Of a stretch of DNA of 64,000 nucleotides, positions 9,526 through 19,979 are shown piece by piece. How positions within the stretch are numbered: position 1 is the first letter of the stretch; the number at the start of each line of letters is the position of its first letter. Position numbers and translations under genes: made by a program. The notes below the pieces were generated by a model. The model saw only the letters and a program-made list of their open reading frames with translations, searched no databases and was not told the origin of the DNA. The DNA is from Escherichia coli (lineage in GTDB: Bacteria; Pseudomonadota; Gammaproteobacteria; Enterobacterales; Enterobacteriaceae), in assembly GCF_044324875.1 (NCBI RefSeq), contig NZ_CP172185.1. One strand, given 5' to 3'.

Positions 9526-9572
9526 CCCCATGCCGCTATACTGCCGCCATCACTTAAAAACAGGATACAACA

Positions 9573-9893
9573 ATGAACGACAGTGAATTTCATCGCCTGG
9601 CTGATCAACTGTGGCTGACCATTGAAGAGCGTCTGGACGACTGGGATGGCGATAGCGATATCGACTGCGAAATCAACGGCGGTGTACTGACCATTACCTT
9701 TGAAAACGGGAGCAAAATCATTATCAACCGTCAGGAACCGCTGCACCAGGTGTGGCTGGCAACCAAACAGGGCGGCTACCATTTTGATATGAAAGGCGAT
9801 GAGTGGATTTGCGATCGTAGCGGCGAAACCTTCTGGGATTTGCTGGAACAGGCGGCGACGCAGCAGGCGGGTGAAACAGTCAGTTTCCGCTAA
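9573..9893 (+). CDS. cyaY: Frataxin homolog CyaY
   Basis: 106-aa translation matches remembered E. coli CyaY ([14 protein letters not shown]...). Confidence 0.95.
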   Translation: MNDSEFHRLADQLWLTIEERLDDWDGDSDIDCEINGGVLTITFENGSKIIINRQEPLHQVWLATKQGGYHFDMKGDEWICDRSGETFWDLLEQAATQQAGETVSFR

Positions 9894-9900
9894 GATTGCA

Positions 9901-9926
9901 TGCCGGATAAGCCTCGCTTTCCGGCA
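9901..9926. terminator. Hairpin between convergent cyaY and cyaA
   Basis: Inverted repeat tgccgga...tccggca between the two stop codons. Confidence 0.5.
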
Positions 9927-9932
9927 CGCTCA

Positions 9933-12479
9933 TCACGAAAAATACTGCTGTAATAGCGGCGTGTCGTGATCCTGATTGGCAGGCGGCATGTTGCCGATAG
10001 ATTTGGTGCGGAACGGAATCACCTGTTCACGACCATCAACCTTCACAATCTGATAGAACTGCGGCAGGTTGAAGTTGATGAAGCTTGAGCCGTAGGTAAA
10101 ACGGTCGTGCGATGACGAGTAGAAGCGACTGACGTCACGCACCAGCTCCTCTTTGCTGCCTTCGCAGTGGTGATACACCTCAACCCGGTTGCTTTCGTCG
10201 AGAATGTAGATATTAAAGCCATTCTCGTCTTGCGTTTCTTCGAAAAAGAACTGGATGATCCCTTCGCTGGCAAAGCCGTCCACCACCGCCGGTAATTTGA
10301 CGTGATTGGTTTCAACCTGCACTGACAGGCCGTGCAGTTTGTTATGCGAAATAGCGCCATAAAACTCGATGGCATTTTCTAGTTTCTGTACCGATACATT
10401 CAGGCGTTCGAAGAATAAGCCCCAGGTTTGACCAGAAACGCGCAGCGCCTTGAAGCGCCCGGTTTCCTGGCGGGTGCTGGAAAGACGCAGTTCAATGCAC
10501 TCAGAAACCAGTTGCTGTACACGAGTACGGATTAATCCGCGCAGATGCTGGCTGTAGCAGAAGACTTCCACGCTATCTGGCGGTGCGGCGTCCTGATGCA
10601 TTTTGCCGAGAATAGTTTTCAGGGCTTCGATCATCGACTGCTCGCCGTTGAAGTGCAGCGTACGCACTTCGTTCCACGAGTTGCGGTACAGCAGGTCAAC
10701 GCTACCTACCAGGCAATTTTGATTCTCGCCAAAGCTGAAGACATCCAGCTTACGGAAATCAAAATGCACCACCTGATTGCGGAACGCAGCTGTCGGGTCA
10801 TATTCCAGGTTAACGATAATCGCCAGATGGCGGATCTCACACGGGCTGTAGAGCGCCTTCGGTGTCGGTGCAGGTAAGCGCAGCGGGAAATGGTGCGACA
10901 CGTCGGCGACCATCTCCTGCAACTTAGGCAAATCGACAATGCCGTTACCTTTAATATACAAACGGGTGCGCGAGGTCAGCAGGCCGTTAAACCACGCCCA
11001 GGCCACTAGCTTATTAAGATAACGGTTATATTCCAGCGGCTGATGGCTGATGATCGACTCAATATTTGGCGCGCGGTTATACAGATACCAACCTGAACGG
11101 TTAGCCCGGCCCGGCGGCACATAAATAAAGGTCAGATTCGGTTCCGAGAGATCGGGCGAAATCTGCGGGTTTACCAGCGTCACTTTACCTGGCAATGCTT
11201 CAAACGCGGCATACAGTTTACGCGTCAGTACGCCGATATCCTGCGGACTGGCGGAGACGCTAAGGTTATTGCGACGCGCAAAGCGGATCAGATTACGGTA
11301 GCTCTGCATCATTGCGTCGAGCAGCTCGTTGTGCGCCTCACGCACCTGATCAATCTTCCAGTTAGCGCGGTTATCGAGCATTGCCAGACGAGCATCGTCC
11401 CATTCCCACTCTTTCACTAACTGGGTTAGCACTTCACGACGCCAGCCTACGCAAGCGCGTTCACGGCTGAGTTTTTCGCACACTTTTAAATAGAAGCAGC
11501 GGCGTACTAAATCCAGACGGGTGAAATCTTCAATCGCCGTCAGGTACTCAGTAACACGCTCCAGCATCATGCAGTAAGGATCGAGGCCAAACGATACAAT
11601 CTCGCCGTCGTGCAAACGCTGTTTGATATCTTTCGCCAGCAGTCGTGGGTTGGGGTATTCCCAGGAATAGGCTTCCAGTAGCAGTGTTTTCAGCACCGCT
11701 TTGTATGGGGAATCGATACTCTTATAGAGCTGCCAAAGGCTGGCACCAAAGTACTCTTCGGCAGAAAGTGAGCTTAAGCCGCCGAGATCCAGCCATTCAT
11801 TTGGCGTCAGCACGCCCTGCGCGTAAAGCGTCATCACATAGTCATCGTAATGCTCTTCTTCGTCGCACGGCACCATATTCCACAGAATACGCTTACCGGC
11901 GAGACGCACGGCGGTACGATAAAATTCGTCAAGCAGCAGTATATGCTGGGTGGAGCCACAATCTTCGCCCCCCAGGCTGCCGCTTTCATTATGACGGAAG
12001 CGATTTTCATCAATCAGGAAGAAGCTAACTTCCACGCCCAGCGAGGCGGCCCAGCTTTCCAGCAGGCTGCATTTACGTTGTAGTAACTGGCGCTCTTCGC
12101 TATCAAGCCAGGATTGATGACAGACCCAGATATCCAAGTCAGAGGAACAACTTTGCCCTACGGACGAGGTGCTGCCCATGGTGTATACACCAGTAATTGG
12201 AAGCTCACCTTTCGGCGGGTCCTGTACTGACATTCCACGATACAGTTCAAGCTCGTTCAGGTAGTGGCGTTGAGTTTCATCAGGCGTGTAAAGGCAAATG
12301 CCTTTGGGAACGTTACCATCAAGGTAACCCGGCATTAGCGGATGGTGATAGTGCAACAATGTCGGCAGTAGACTGTAGACCTGTTGGAATGCAGGCCCCA
12401 TAGCAGCAAGCGCGCGATCCACACGCAATTGATTTATGGCATCCAGTCTCTGTTTCAGAGTCTCAATATAGAGGTACAA
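9933..12479 (-). CDS. cyaA: Adenylate cyclase
   Basis: 848-aa ORF starting with TTG (known UUG start of cyaA); translation matches CyaA. Confidence 0.95.
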   Translation of the reverse strand: MYLYIETLKQRLDAINQLRVDRALAAMGPAFQQVYSLLPTLLHYHHPLMPGYLDGNVPKGICLYTPDETQRHYLNELELYRGMSVQDPPKGELPITGVYTMGSTSSVGQSCSSDLDIWVCHQSWLDSEERQLLQRKCSLLESWAASLGVEVSFFLIDENRFRHNESGSLGGEDCGSTQHILLLDEFYRTAVRLAGKRILWNMVPCDEEEHYDDYVMTLYAQGVLTPNEWLDLGGLSSLSAEEYFGASLWQLYKSIDSPYKAVLKTLLLEAYSWEYPNPRLLAKDIKQRLHDGEIVSFGLDPYCMMLERVTEYLTAIEDFTRLDLVRRCFYLKVCEKLSRERACVGWRREVLTQLVKEWEWDDARLAMLDNRANWKIDQVREAHNELLDAMMQSYRNLIRFARRNNLSVSASPQDIGVLTRKLYAAFEALPGKVTLVNPQISPDLSEPNLTFIYVPPGRANRSGWYLYNRAPNIESIISHQPLEYNRYLNKLVAWAWFNGLLTSRTRLYIKGNGIVDLPKLQEMVADVSHHFPLRLPAPTPKALYSPCEIRHLAIIVNLEYDPTAAFRNQVVHFDFRKLDVFSFGENQNCLVGSVDLLYRNSWNEVRTLHFNGEQSMIEALKTILGKMHQDAAPPDSVEVFCYSQHLRGLIRTRVQQLVSECIELRLSSTRQETGRFKALRVSGQTWGLFFERLNVSVQKLENAIEFYGAISHNKLHGLSVQVETNHVKLPAVVDGFASEGIIQFFFEETQDENGFNIYILDESNRVEVYHHCEGSKEELVRDVSRFYSSSHDRFTYGSSFINFNLPQFYQIVKVDGREQVIPFRTKSIGNMPPANQDHDTPLLQQYFS

Positions 12480-12632
12480 GACGTATCGCCTGATTTGCTA
12501 CCCGTCATGACTGTGATTCCGCCAACATCAACGGTAACACGCGGCATTCGGGATATTTCGTATGTCAAAGGTAACCGTTACCACTTTTCGCGCCTGGTTT
12601 TTTTAGTTTCACGACGAAAAAATGGTCTAAAA

Positions 12633-12650
12633 CGTGATCAATTTAACACC
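12633..12650. promoter_or_regulatory. Candidate CRP-like site in cyaA-hemC divergent region
   Basis: cGTGAtcaattTAACAc resembles TGTGA-N6-TCACA; cyaA is known to be CRP-regulated; position not verified. Confidence 0.3.
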
Positions 12651-12865
12651 TTGCTGATTGACCGTAAAGAAAGATGCGCTACATACAAGTGTAGCACCGT
12701 TTATTCTCTGTAAATTCCTTATTACGACGGCGTGAAACGCCTGTCAGGATCCACTGCCAGACCTCATTTTACGGTTTGCGCAGGCGTCTACGTTTCACCA
12801 CAACACTGACATCGCTCTGGCAAGGATGTTAGGATGGACCACGGATGATAATGACGGTAACAAGC

Positions 12866-13807
12866 ATGTTAGACAATGTTTTAAGAATTGCCACACGCCA
12901 AAGCCCACTTGCACTCTGGCAGGCACACTATGTCAAAGACAAGTTGATGGCGAGCCATCCGGGCCTGGTCGTTGAACTGGTACCGATGGTGACGCGCGGC
13001 GATGTGATTCTTGATACGCCGCTGGCGAAAGTAGGCGGAAAAGGCTTATTTGTAAAAGAGCTGGAAGTCGCGCTCCTCGAAAATCGCGCCGATATCGCCG
13101 TACATTCAATGAAAGATGTGCCGGTTGAATTCCCGCAAGGTCTGGGACTGGTCACTATTTGTGAGCGTGAAGATCCTCGCGATGCCTTTGTGTCCAATAA
13201 CTATGACAGTCTGGATGCGTTACCGGCAGGCAGTATCGTCGGGACGTCCAGTTTACGTCGCCAGTGCCAACTGGCTGAACGCCGCCCGGATCTGATTATC
13301 CGCTCCCTGCGCGGCAACGTCGGCACTCGCCTGAGCAAACTGGATAACGGCGAATACGATGCCATCATTCTTGCCGTAGCCGGACTAAAACGTTTAGGTC
13401 TGGAGTCACGCATTCGCGCCGCGTTGCCACCCGAGATTTCTCTTCCGGCGGTAGGACAAGGTGCGGTGGGCATTGAATGCCGCCTTGATGATACACGCAC
13501 TCGCGAGCTGCTTGCCGCGCTGAATCACCACGAAACTGCACTGCGCGTTACCGCAGAACGCGCCATGAATACCCGTCTCGAAGGCGGATGTCAGGTACCA
13601 ATTGGTAGCTACGCCGAGCTTATTGATGGCGAAATCTGGCTGCGTGCGCTGGTCGGCGCGCCGGACGGTTCGCAGATTATTCGCGGTGAACGCCGCGGTG
13701 CGCCGCAAGATGCCGAACAAATGGGGATTTCGCTGGCAGAAGAGCTACTGAATAACGGCGCGCGCGAGATCCTTGCTGAAGTCTATAACGGAGACGCCCC
13801 GGCATGA
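12866..13807 (+). CDS. hemC: Porphobilinogen deaminase
   Basis: Translation matches HemC from [20 protein letters not shown]; track ORF starts 21 nt upstream at 12845. Confidence 0.9.
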
Positions 13808-14544
13808 GTATCCTGGTCACCCGCCCGTCTCCCGCTGGAGAAGAGTTAGTGAGCCGTCTGCGCACACTGGGGCAGGTGGCCTGGCATTTTCCGCTGATTG
13901 AGTTTTCTCCGGGTCGACAATTACCGCAACTTGCTGATCAACTTGCAGCGCTGGGGGAGAGGGATCTGTTGTTTGCCCTCTCGCAACACGCGGTTGCTTT
14001 TGCCCAATCACAGCTGCATCAGCAAGATCGTAAATGGCCCCGACTACCTGATTATTTCGCCATTGGACGCACCACCGCACTGGCGCTACATACCGTAAGC
14101 GGACAGAAGATTCTCTACCCGCAGGATCGGGAAATCAGCGAAGTCTTGCTACAATTACCTGAATTACAAAATATTGCGGGCAAACGTGCGCTGATATTAC
14201 GTGGCAATGGCGGTCGTGAGCTAATTGGGGATACCCTGACGGCGCGCGGTGCTGAGGTCACTTTTTGTGAATGTTATCAACGATGCGCAATCCATTACGA
14301 TGGTGCAGAAGAAGCGATGCGCTGGCAATCCCGCGAGGTGACGACGGTCGTTGTTACCAGCGGTGAAATGTTGCAGCAACTCTGGTCGCTGATCCCACAA
14401 TGGTATCGTGAGCACTGGTTACTACACTGTCGACTATTGGTCGTCAGTGAGCGTTTGGCGAAACTCGCCCGGGAACTGGGCTGGCAAGACATTAAGGTCG
14501 CCGATAACGCTGACAACGATGCGCTTTTACGGGCATTACAATAA
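13804..14544 (+). CDS. hemD: Uroporphyrinogen-III synthase
   Basis: 246-aa ORF overlapping hemC stop; conserved hemCDXY order. Confidence 0.9.
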
Positions 14545-14565
14545 CTCTCATAACAGGAAGCCATA

Positions 14566-15765
14566 ATGACGGAACAAGAAAAAACCTCCGCCGTGGTTGA
14601 AGAGACCAGGGAGGCCGTGGACACCACGTCACAACCTGTCGCAACAGAAAAAAAGAGTAAGAACAATACCGCATTGATTCTCAGCGCGGTGGCTATTGCT
14701 ATTGCTCTGGCGGCGGGCGTCGGTTTGTATGGCTGGGGTAAACAACAGGCCGTCAATCAGACTGCCACCAGCGATGCCCTGGCTAATCAACTGACGGCAC
14801 TGCAAAAAGCCCAGGAGAGCCAAAAAGCTGAGCTGGAAGGCATTATCAAGCAACAAGCTGTACAGCTTGAGCAGGCGAATCGTCAGCAAGAAACGCTGGC
14901 AAAACAGTTGGATGAAGTCCAACAAAAGGTCGCCACCATTTCCGGCAGCGATGCTAAAACCTGGCTGCTGGCTCAGGCCGATTTTCTGGTGAAACTCGCA
15001 GGACGGAAGCTGTGGAGCGATCAAGACGTCACGACCGCTGCAGCGTTGCTGAAAAGTGCAGATGCCAGCCTGGCGGATATGAATGACCCGAGTCTGATTA
15101 CCGTTCGTCGGGCAATTACCGATGATATCGCCAGCCTTTCTGCGGTATCGCAGGTGGATTATGACGGCATCATCCTGAAGCTCAATCAGCTTTCAAATCA
15201 GGTAGATAACCTGCGTCTGGCCGATAATGACAGCGATGGTTCGCCGATGGATTCCGACGGTGAAGAGCTTTCCAGTTCCATCAGCGAATGGCGTATCAAT
15301 CTGCAAAAAAGCTGGCAGAATTTTATGGACAACTTCATTACGATTTGCCGTCGTGATGACACCGCCGTACCGCTGTTAGCGCCAAATCAGGATATCTATC
15401 TGCGCGAAAATATTCGCTCTCGCCTGCTGGTCGCGGCACAAGCCGTACCGCGTCATCAGGAAGAGACTTATCGCCAGGCGCTGGAGAACGTCTCCACCTG
15501 GGTACGTGCTTACTACGATACTGATGATGCCACCACCAAAGCGTTCCTCGACGAGGTGGACCAGTTAAGCCAGCAAAATATCTCGATGGATCTCCCGGAA
15601 ACCCTGCAAAGCCAGGCGATGCTGGAAAAACTGATGCAGACTCGCGTGCGTAACCTGTTGGCACAACCGGCAGCGGGGACAACGGAAGCTAAACCTGCAC
15701 CTGCACCTGCACCTGCACCTGCACCGCAAGCTGATACTCCGGCAGCCGCGCCGCAAGGAGAATAA
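14566..15765 (+). CDS. hemX: HemX membrane protein
   Basis: 399-aa ORF with N-terminal TM segment, coiled-coil Q/A-rich region and Pro-Ala-rich C-terminus. Confidence 0.9.
   Translation: MTEQEKTSAVVEETREAVDTTSQPVATEKKSKNNTALILSAVAIAIALAAGVGLYGWGKQQAVNQTATSDALANQLTALQKAQESQKAELEGIIKQQAVQLEQANRQQETLAKQLDEVQQKVATISGSDAKTWLLAQADFLVKLAGRKLWSDQDVTTAAALLKSADASLADMNDPSLITVRRAITDDIASLSAVSQVDYDGIILKLNQLSNQVDNLRLADNDSDGSPMDSDGEELSSSISEWRINLQKSWQNFMDNFITICRRDDTAVPLLAPNQDIYLRENIRSRLLVAAQAVPRHQEETYRQALENVSTWVRAYYDTDDATTKAFLDEVDQLSQQNISMDLPETLQSQAMLEKLMQTRVRNLLAQPAAGTTEAKPAPAPAPAPAPQADTPAAAPQGE
15694..15723 (+). repeat. Hexanucleotide tandem repeat (cctgca x5) inside hemX
   Basis: Five perfect in-frame copies encoding [10 protein letters not shown]. 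Confidence 0.9.
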
Positions 15766-15767
15766 CC

Positions 15768-16964
15768 ATGCTAAAAGTGTTATTGCTCTTTGTTTTGCTG
15801 ATTGCGGGGATAGTGGTTGGCCCGATGATTGCCGGACACCAGGGTTACGTGCTGATCCAGACCGACAACTACAATATTGAAACCAGCGTCACTGGCCTGG
15901 CGATTATTTTGATTCTGGCAATGGTAGTGCTGTTTGCCATTGAGTGGCTACTGCGGCGGATCTTCCGCACAGGCACACACACCCGTGGGTGGTTTGTCGG
16001 ACGTAAGCGTCGCCGTGCCCGTAAGCAGACCGAACAGGCGCTGCTGAAACTGGCGGAAGGCGATTATCAGCAAGTTGAAAAGCTGATGGCGAAAAATGCC
16101 GATCACGCTGAACAACCGGTGGTGAACTATCTGCTGGCTGCCGAAGCCGCGCAACAACGCGGTGATGAAGCACGCGCCAACCAACATCTGGAACGCGCAG
16201 CGGAGCTGGCCGGCAACGACACAATTCCGGTAGAAATCACCCGTGTACGTCTGCAACTGGCCCGTAATGAAAACCATGCAGCACGTCACGGCGTTGATAA
16301 GCTGCTGGAAGTTACGCCACGCCATCCGGAAGTATTACGTCTGGCGGAACAGGCGTATATCCGCACTGGTGCATGGAGTTCGCTGCTGGATATCATCCCA
16401 TCAATGGCAAAAGCCCACGTTGGCGATGAAGAGCATCGTGCAATGCTGGAACAACAGGCATGGATTGGCCTGATGGATCAGGCGCGTGCCGATAACGGTA
16501 GCGAAGGTTTGCGTAACTGGTGGAAAAACCAAAGCCGGAAAACGCGTCATCAGGTGGCGTTACAGGTGGCAATGGCGGAACATCTTATTGAATGTGACGA
16601 TCATGATACTGCCCAGCAAATTATCATCGACGGCCTGAAACGCCAGTATGACGATCGCCTGCTGCTGCCGATCCCGCGTCTGAAAACCAATAACCCGGAA
16701 CAGCTGGAAAAAGTGCTGCGCCAACAGATCAAAAACGTGGGCGATCGCCCGTTGTTGTGGAGCACACTGGGTCAGTCGCTGATGAAGCACGGCGAATGGC
16801 AGGAAGCATCGCTCGCCTTCCGCGCGGCGCTGAAACAACGTCCGGACGCCTACGATTACGCATGGCTTGCCGACGCGCTGGACAGACTGCACAAGCCGGA
16901 AGAAGCCGCAGCGATGCGTCGCGATGGCTTGATGTTAACGTTGCAGAACAACCCGCCACAGTAA
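15768..16964 (+). CDS. hemY: HemY, TPR-containing heme biosynthesis-associated membrane protein
   Basis: 398-aa ORF with N-terminal TM helices; last gene of hemCDXY. Confidence 0.9.
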   Translation: MLKVLLLFVLLIAGIVVGPMIAGHQGYVLIQTDNYNIETSVTGLAIILILAMVVLFAIEWLLRRIFRTGTHTRGWFVGRKRRRARKQTEQALLKLAEGDYQQVEKLMAKNADHAEQPVVNYLLAAEAAQQRGDEARANQHLERAAELAGNDTIPVEITRVRLQLARNENHAARHGVDKLLEVTPRHPEVLRLAEQAYIRTGAWSSLLDIIPSMAKAHVGDEEHRAMLEQQAWIGLMDQARADNGSEGLRNWWKNQSRKTRHQVALQVAMAEHLIECDDHDTAQQIIIDGLKRQYDDRLLLPIPRLKTNNPEQLEKVLRQQIKNVGDRPLLWSTLGQSLMKHGEWQEASLAFRAALKQRPDAYDYAWLADALDRLHKPEEAAAMRRDGLMLTLQNNPPQ

Positions 16965-16970
16965 TCTATA

Positions 16971-17000
16971 TCGCCTCGTTCAGAGGCGATATTTTTTTAC
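16971..17000 (+). terminator. Intrinsic terminator after hemY
   Basis: Hairpin atcgcctcgttcagaggcgat followed by a T-run. Confidence 0.75.
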
Positions 17001-17004
17001 CAGG

Positions 17005-17604
17005 ATGTCAAAATTGCGCACGCCGTCCCGCTATCTTTTTCGCTTGCCATCGCATGAAATTACTCCTTTTCGGGCAACGCTCTTTTTAATCTTGTTGATA
17101 TGTGCCGCTCTGGCTGGCGTAAGTTGGCTGATTATTTCCTTTGTGCGTACGGGCAATACATTCATCTTCTGGTTAACACTTTTTATTGGGTATCTGATAG
17201 CTGCGGCGAAGCAGGAAAAAATCAAGCTCCTCAAGAAGTACCGAATCATGGCAGATAAACGTCGGGGACGCTCCATTTGCCAGTTCGCCCGCGAATTTGA
17301 CACCTACACCGTAGATACATGGGTGATTCGTGCGGTGTGGGATACCTTGCAAGGAAACGGTTATATCGATTACCCACTGCCACTGAAAGCCGATGATATA
17401 CTGGACGATGATCTGGATTTGGTGAGCGACGCAGTCGAGTTAGAAGAGCTGGTTGAAGATACCGCTGCTCGTTGCGGGCGCGATCTATGCGGAATAGAAG
17501 AGAATCCGTTTCTTCCCATCGTCACGGTAGGCTCTCTTGTAAGAGTGTTAAACGCGCAACCGATGACCCAGGAGCGACGTAACCAGTTCTTTATCCGGTC
17601 ATAA
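17005..17604 (+). CDS. Hypothetical protein (199 aa), predicted membrane-anchored with acidic C-terminal region
   Basis: Uninterrupted ORF with coding-like composition; hydrophobic N-terminal segments; acidic stretch DDILDDDLDLVSDAVELEELVED; weak RBS at 17005; stop abuts the glmZ terminator. Confidence 0.4.
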   Translation: MSKLRTPSRYLFRLPSHEITPFRATLFLILLICAALAGVSWLIISFVRTGNTFIFWLTLFIGYLIAAAKQEKIKLLKKYRIMADKRRGRSICQFAREFDTYTVDTWVIRAVWDTLQGNGYIDYPLPLKADDILDDDLDLVSDAVELEELVEDTAARCGRDLCGIEENPFLPIVTVGSLVRVLNAQPMTQERRNQFFIRS

Positions 17605-17809
17605 AAAAACGCCTGCTCTTATTACGGAGCAGGCGTTAAAACAGGTCTGTATGACAACAAGTGGGTGCTTCACTCAACGTTGTGTCCATGGTGTCTGATG
17701 AGGCATAAGCGACATCTGTCAGTGGACGATAAGCACCGTAAACGGCTCTGCGTCATTCCGGAGTTTATGAGGCACTAAGGCGAACATAAGAGATGGAATG
17801 AGCATCTAC
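17603..17809 (-). ncRNA. glmZ: GlmZ small regulatory RNA
   Basis: Minus-strand sequence matches remembered GlmZ from 5' GTAGATGCTCATTCCATCTC through the terminator GCCTGCTCCGTAATAAGAGCAGGCGTTTTTTT; lies between hemY and aslA. Confidence 0.8.
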
Positions 17810-18233
17810 TCGTTTATTATGCCACAGAGAACCGGGAAATAACATCCCTTAACACTTGTTATGAGATAATTCTGTAATCCTCTTTGCTTCCTGAGTAATA
17901 ACTTCCTGAGTGAATATTTCTCCTGCGCACGATTCTACACATATATATAATGAATAATAAAAGTCATTCAATTAATAACATATATATTAATTGCCGTTAA
18001 AACTAAAAACAGCATCAATAATCAACGCGATATAACATCACCGCCTTACATATCACCTGCGCCAGAGGTAGGATTGAAAACGCTCTCCTGATTTTCCAAT
18101 TCATTTTCTGGATAAATAAATAATTTATTTTTATCACTATTATTTATGCAATCATCCTGTCAGGGAGAGGGATCTCAATTATCAATGCTTAATTACGTCA
18201 TCATTTTGACGACATGAAACCGGAGCATTTTGC

Positions 18234-19889
18234 ATGGAATTTTCGTTTTCACCCAAACTTCTTGTTGTAGCTGTCGCCGCCGCTCTTCCTCTCATGGCCA
18301 GCGCAGCAGATACCCCGTCAACCGCCACCGCACGCAAAGGCTTTGCCGGATACGATCACCCAAACCAGTATCTGGTTAAACCGGCGACCACTATTGCCGA
18401 CAACATGATGCCGGTGATGCAGCATCCTGCACAAGACAAAGAAACCCAGCAGAAGCTGGCAGAACTTGAGAAAAAAACCGGTAAGAAACCGAACGTGGTT
18501 GTTTTCTTGCTGGATGATGTGGGCTGGATGGATGTTGGCTTTAACGGCGGTGGCGTGGCGGTGGGTAACCCTACACCAGATATCGACGCCGTTGCCAGCC
18601 AGGGGCTGATTTTAACTTCGGCGTATTCTCAACCGAGTTCTTCCCCAACCCGCGCCACGATTCTTACCGGACAATACTCCATCCACCACGGCATTCTGAT
18701 GCCGCCAATGTACGGGCAACCGGGCGGTCTGCAAGGGTTAACCACTCTGCCGCAGTTGCTGCACGATCAGGGCTACGTCACTCAGGCCATCGGGAAATGG
18801 CATATGGGGGAAAACAAAGAGTCGCAGCCGCAGAACGTTGGCTTTGATGATTTCCGCGGTTTTAACTCGGTATCCGATATGTATACCGAATGGCGTGATG
18901 TTCACGTCAACCCGGAAGTCGCCCTGAGCCCGGATCGTTCTGAATACATCCAAAAACTGCCGTTCAGCAAAGATGACGTTCATGCCGTGCGCGGCGGTGA
19001 ACAGGAAGCCATTGCCGACATTACGCCGAAATATATGGAAGACCTGGATCAACGCTGGATGGAATATGGCGTTAAGTTCCTCGACAAGATGGCGAAGAGC
19101 GATAAGCCTTTCTTCCTCTACTACGGCACTCGCGGCTGTCACTTCGATAACTACCCTAATGCGAAATATGCGGGTAGCTCTCCGGCGCGCACCTCTTACG
19201 GCGACTGCATGGTGGAGATGAACGATATCTTCGCCAATCTGTATAAAGCACTGGAGAAAAACGGTCAGCTTGATAACACGCTGATTGTGTTCACCTCTGA
19301 TAACGGTCCGGAAGCCGAAGTTCCGCCGCACGGTCGCACACCGTTCCGCGGTGCGAAAGGTTCTACATGGGAAGGCGGCGTTCGTGTGCCAACCTTCGTT
19401 TACTGGAAAGGCATGATCCAACCGCGTAAATCTGACGGCATTGTCGATCTGGCGGATCTCTTCCCTACGGCGCTGGATCTGGCGGGGCATCCTGGGGCGA
19501 AAGTAGCGAATTTAGTACCGAAAACCACCTTTATCGATGGTGTGGACCAGACATCTTTCTTCCTGGGAACAAATGGTCAGTCTAACCGTAAGGCCGAGCA
19601 CTACTTCCTCAACGGTAAACTTTCTGCTGTGCGTATGGATGAGTTCAAGTATCACGTCCTGATCCAGCAACCGTACGCGTATACCCAGAGCGGGTATCAG
19701 GGTGGATTCACCGGCACAGTAATGCAAACGGCGGGATCGTCGGTGTTTAACCTGTACACCGATCCGCAGGAAAGCGACTCTATCGGCGTGCGCCATATCC
19801 CAATGGGTGTACCGCTACAGACCGAAATGCATGCGTATATGGAGATCCTGAAAAAATATCCACCACGCGCGCAGATTAAATCTGATTAA
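18234..19889 (+). CDS. aslA: Arylsulfatase-family protein AslA
   Basis: 551-aa ORF with signal peptide and sulfatase motifs ([11 protein letters not shown] region). Confidence 0.9.
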   Translation: MEFSFSPKLLVVAVAAALPLMASAADTPSTATARKGFAGYDHPNQYLVKPATTIADNMMPVMQHPAQDKETQQKLAELEKKTGKKPNVVVFLLDDVGWMDVGFNGGGVAVGNPTPDIDAVASQGLILTSAYSQPSSSPTRATILTGQYSIHHGILMPPMYGQPGGLQGLTTLPQLLHDQGYVTQAIGKWHMGENKESQPQNVGFDDFRGFNSVSDMYTEWRDVHVNPEVALSPDRSEYIQKLPFSKDDVHAVRGGEQEAIADITPKYMEDLDQRWMEYGVKFLDKMAKSDKPFFLYYGTRGCHFDNYPNAKYAGSSPARTSYGDCMVEMNDIFANLYKALEKNGQLDNTLIVFTSDNGPEAEVPPHGRTPFRGAKGSTWEGGVRVPTFVYWKGMIQPRKSDGIVDLADLFPTALDLAGHPGAKVANLVPKTTFIDGVDQTSFFLGTNGQSNRKAEHYFLNGKLSAVRMDEFKYHVLIQQPYAYTQSGYQGGFTGTVMQTAGSSVFNLYTDPQESDSIGVRHIPMGVPLQTEMHAYMEILKKYPPRAQIKSD

Positions 19890-19917
19890 GCCGGCGCTAT
19901 CGCTGAGATCAACCTTT

Positions 19918-19943
19918 GCCGGATGCGATGCTGACGCATCCGA
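19918..19943. repeat. REP-like palindromic element
   Basis: gccggatgcgatgctgacgcatccg palindrome between convergent aslA and aslB; same 23-mer at 41438. Confidence 0.6.
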
Positions 19944-19979
19944 CAATCAACCGCAGGCGGCCACAAAATGGCTGCTATT

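Noticed and set aside
3414-9572. Islet considered as a prophage, IS or integrative element
   Set aside because: No integrase, transposase, terminal inverted repeats or phage structural genes were recognisable; the repeated segments are internal leader modules of paralogous genes rather than element termini, so it is better described as a non-mobile accessory gene cluster.
15694-15723. Short tandem repeat considered as a possible CRISPR or other repeat array
   Set aside because: Only 6-bp units with no spacers, in frame within hemX; it is a coding microsatellite, not a CRISPR array. No CRISPR-like repeat-spacer structure was seen anywhere in the window.
18738-19490. 250-aa minus-strand ORF
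   Set aside because: Fully antisense to aslA, with no RBS or family features; the long open frame is an artefact of GC-rich coding sequence on the opposite strand.
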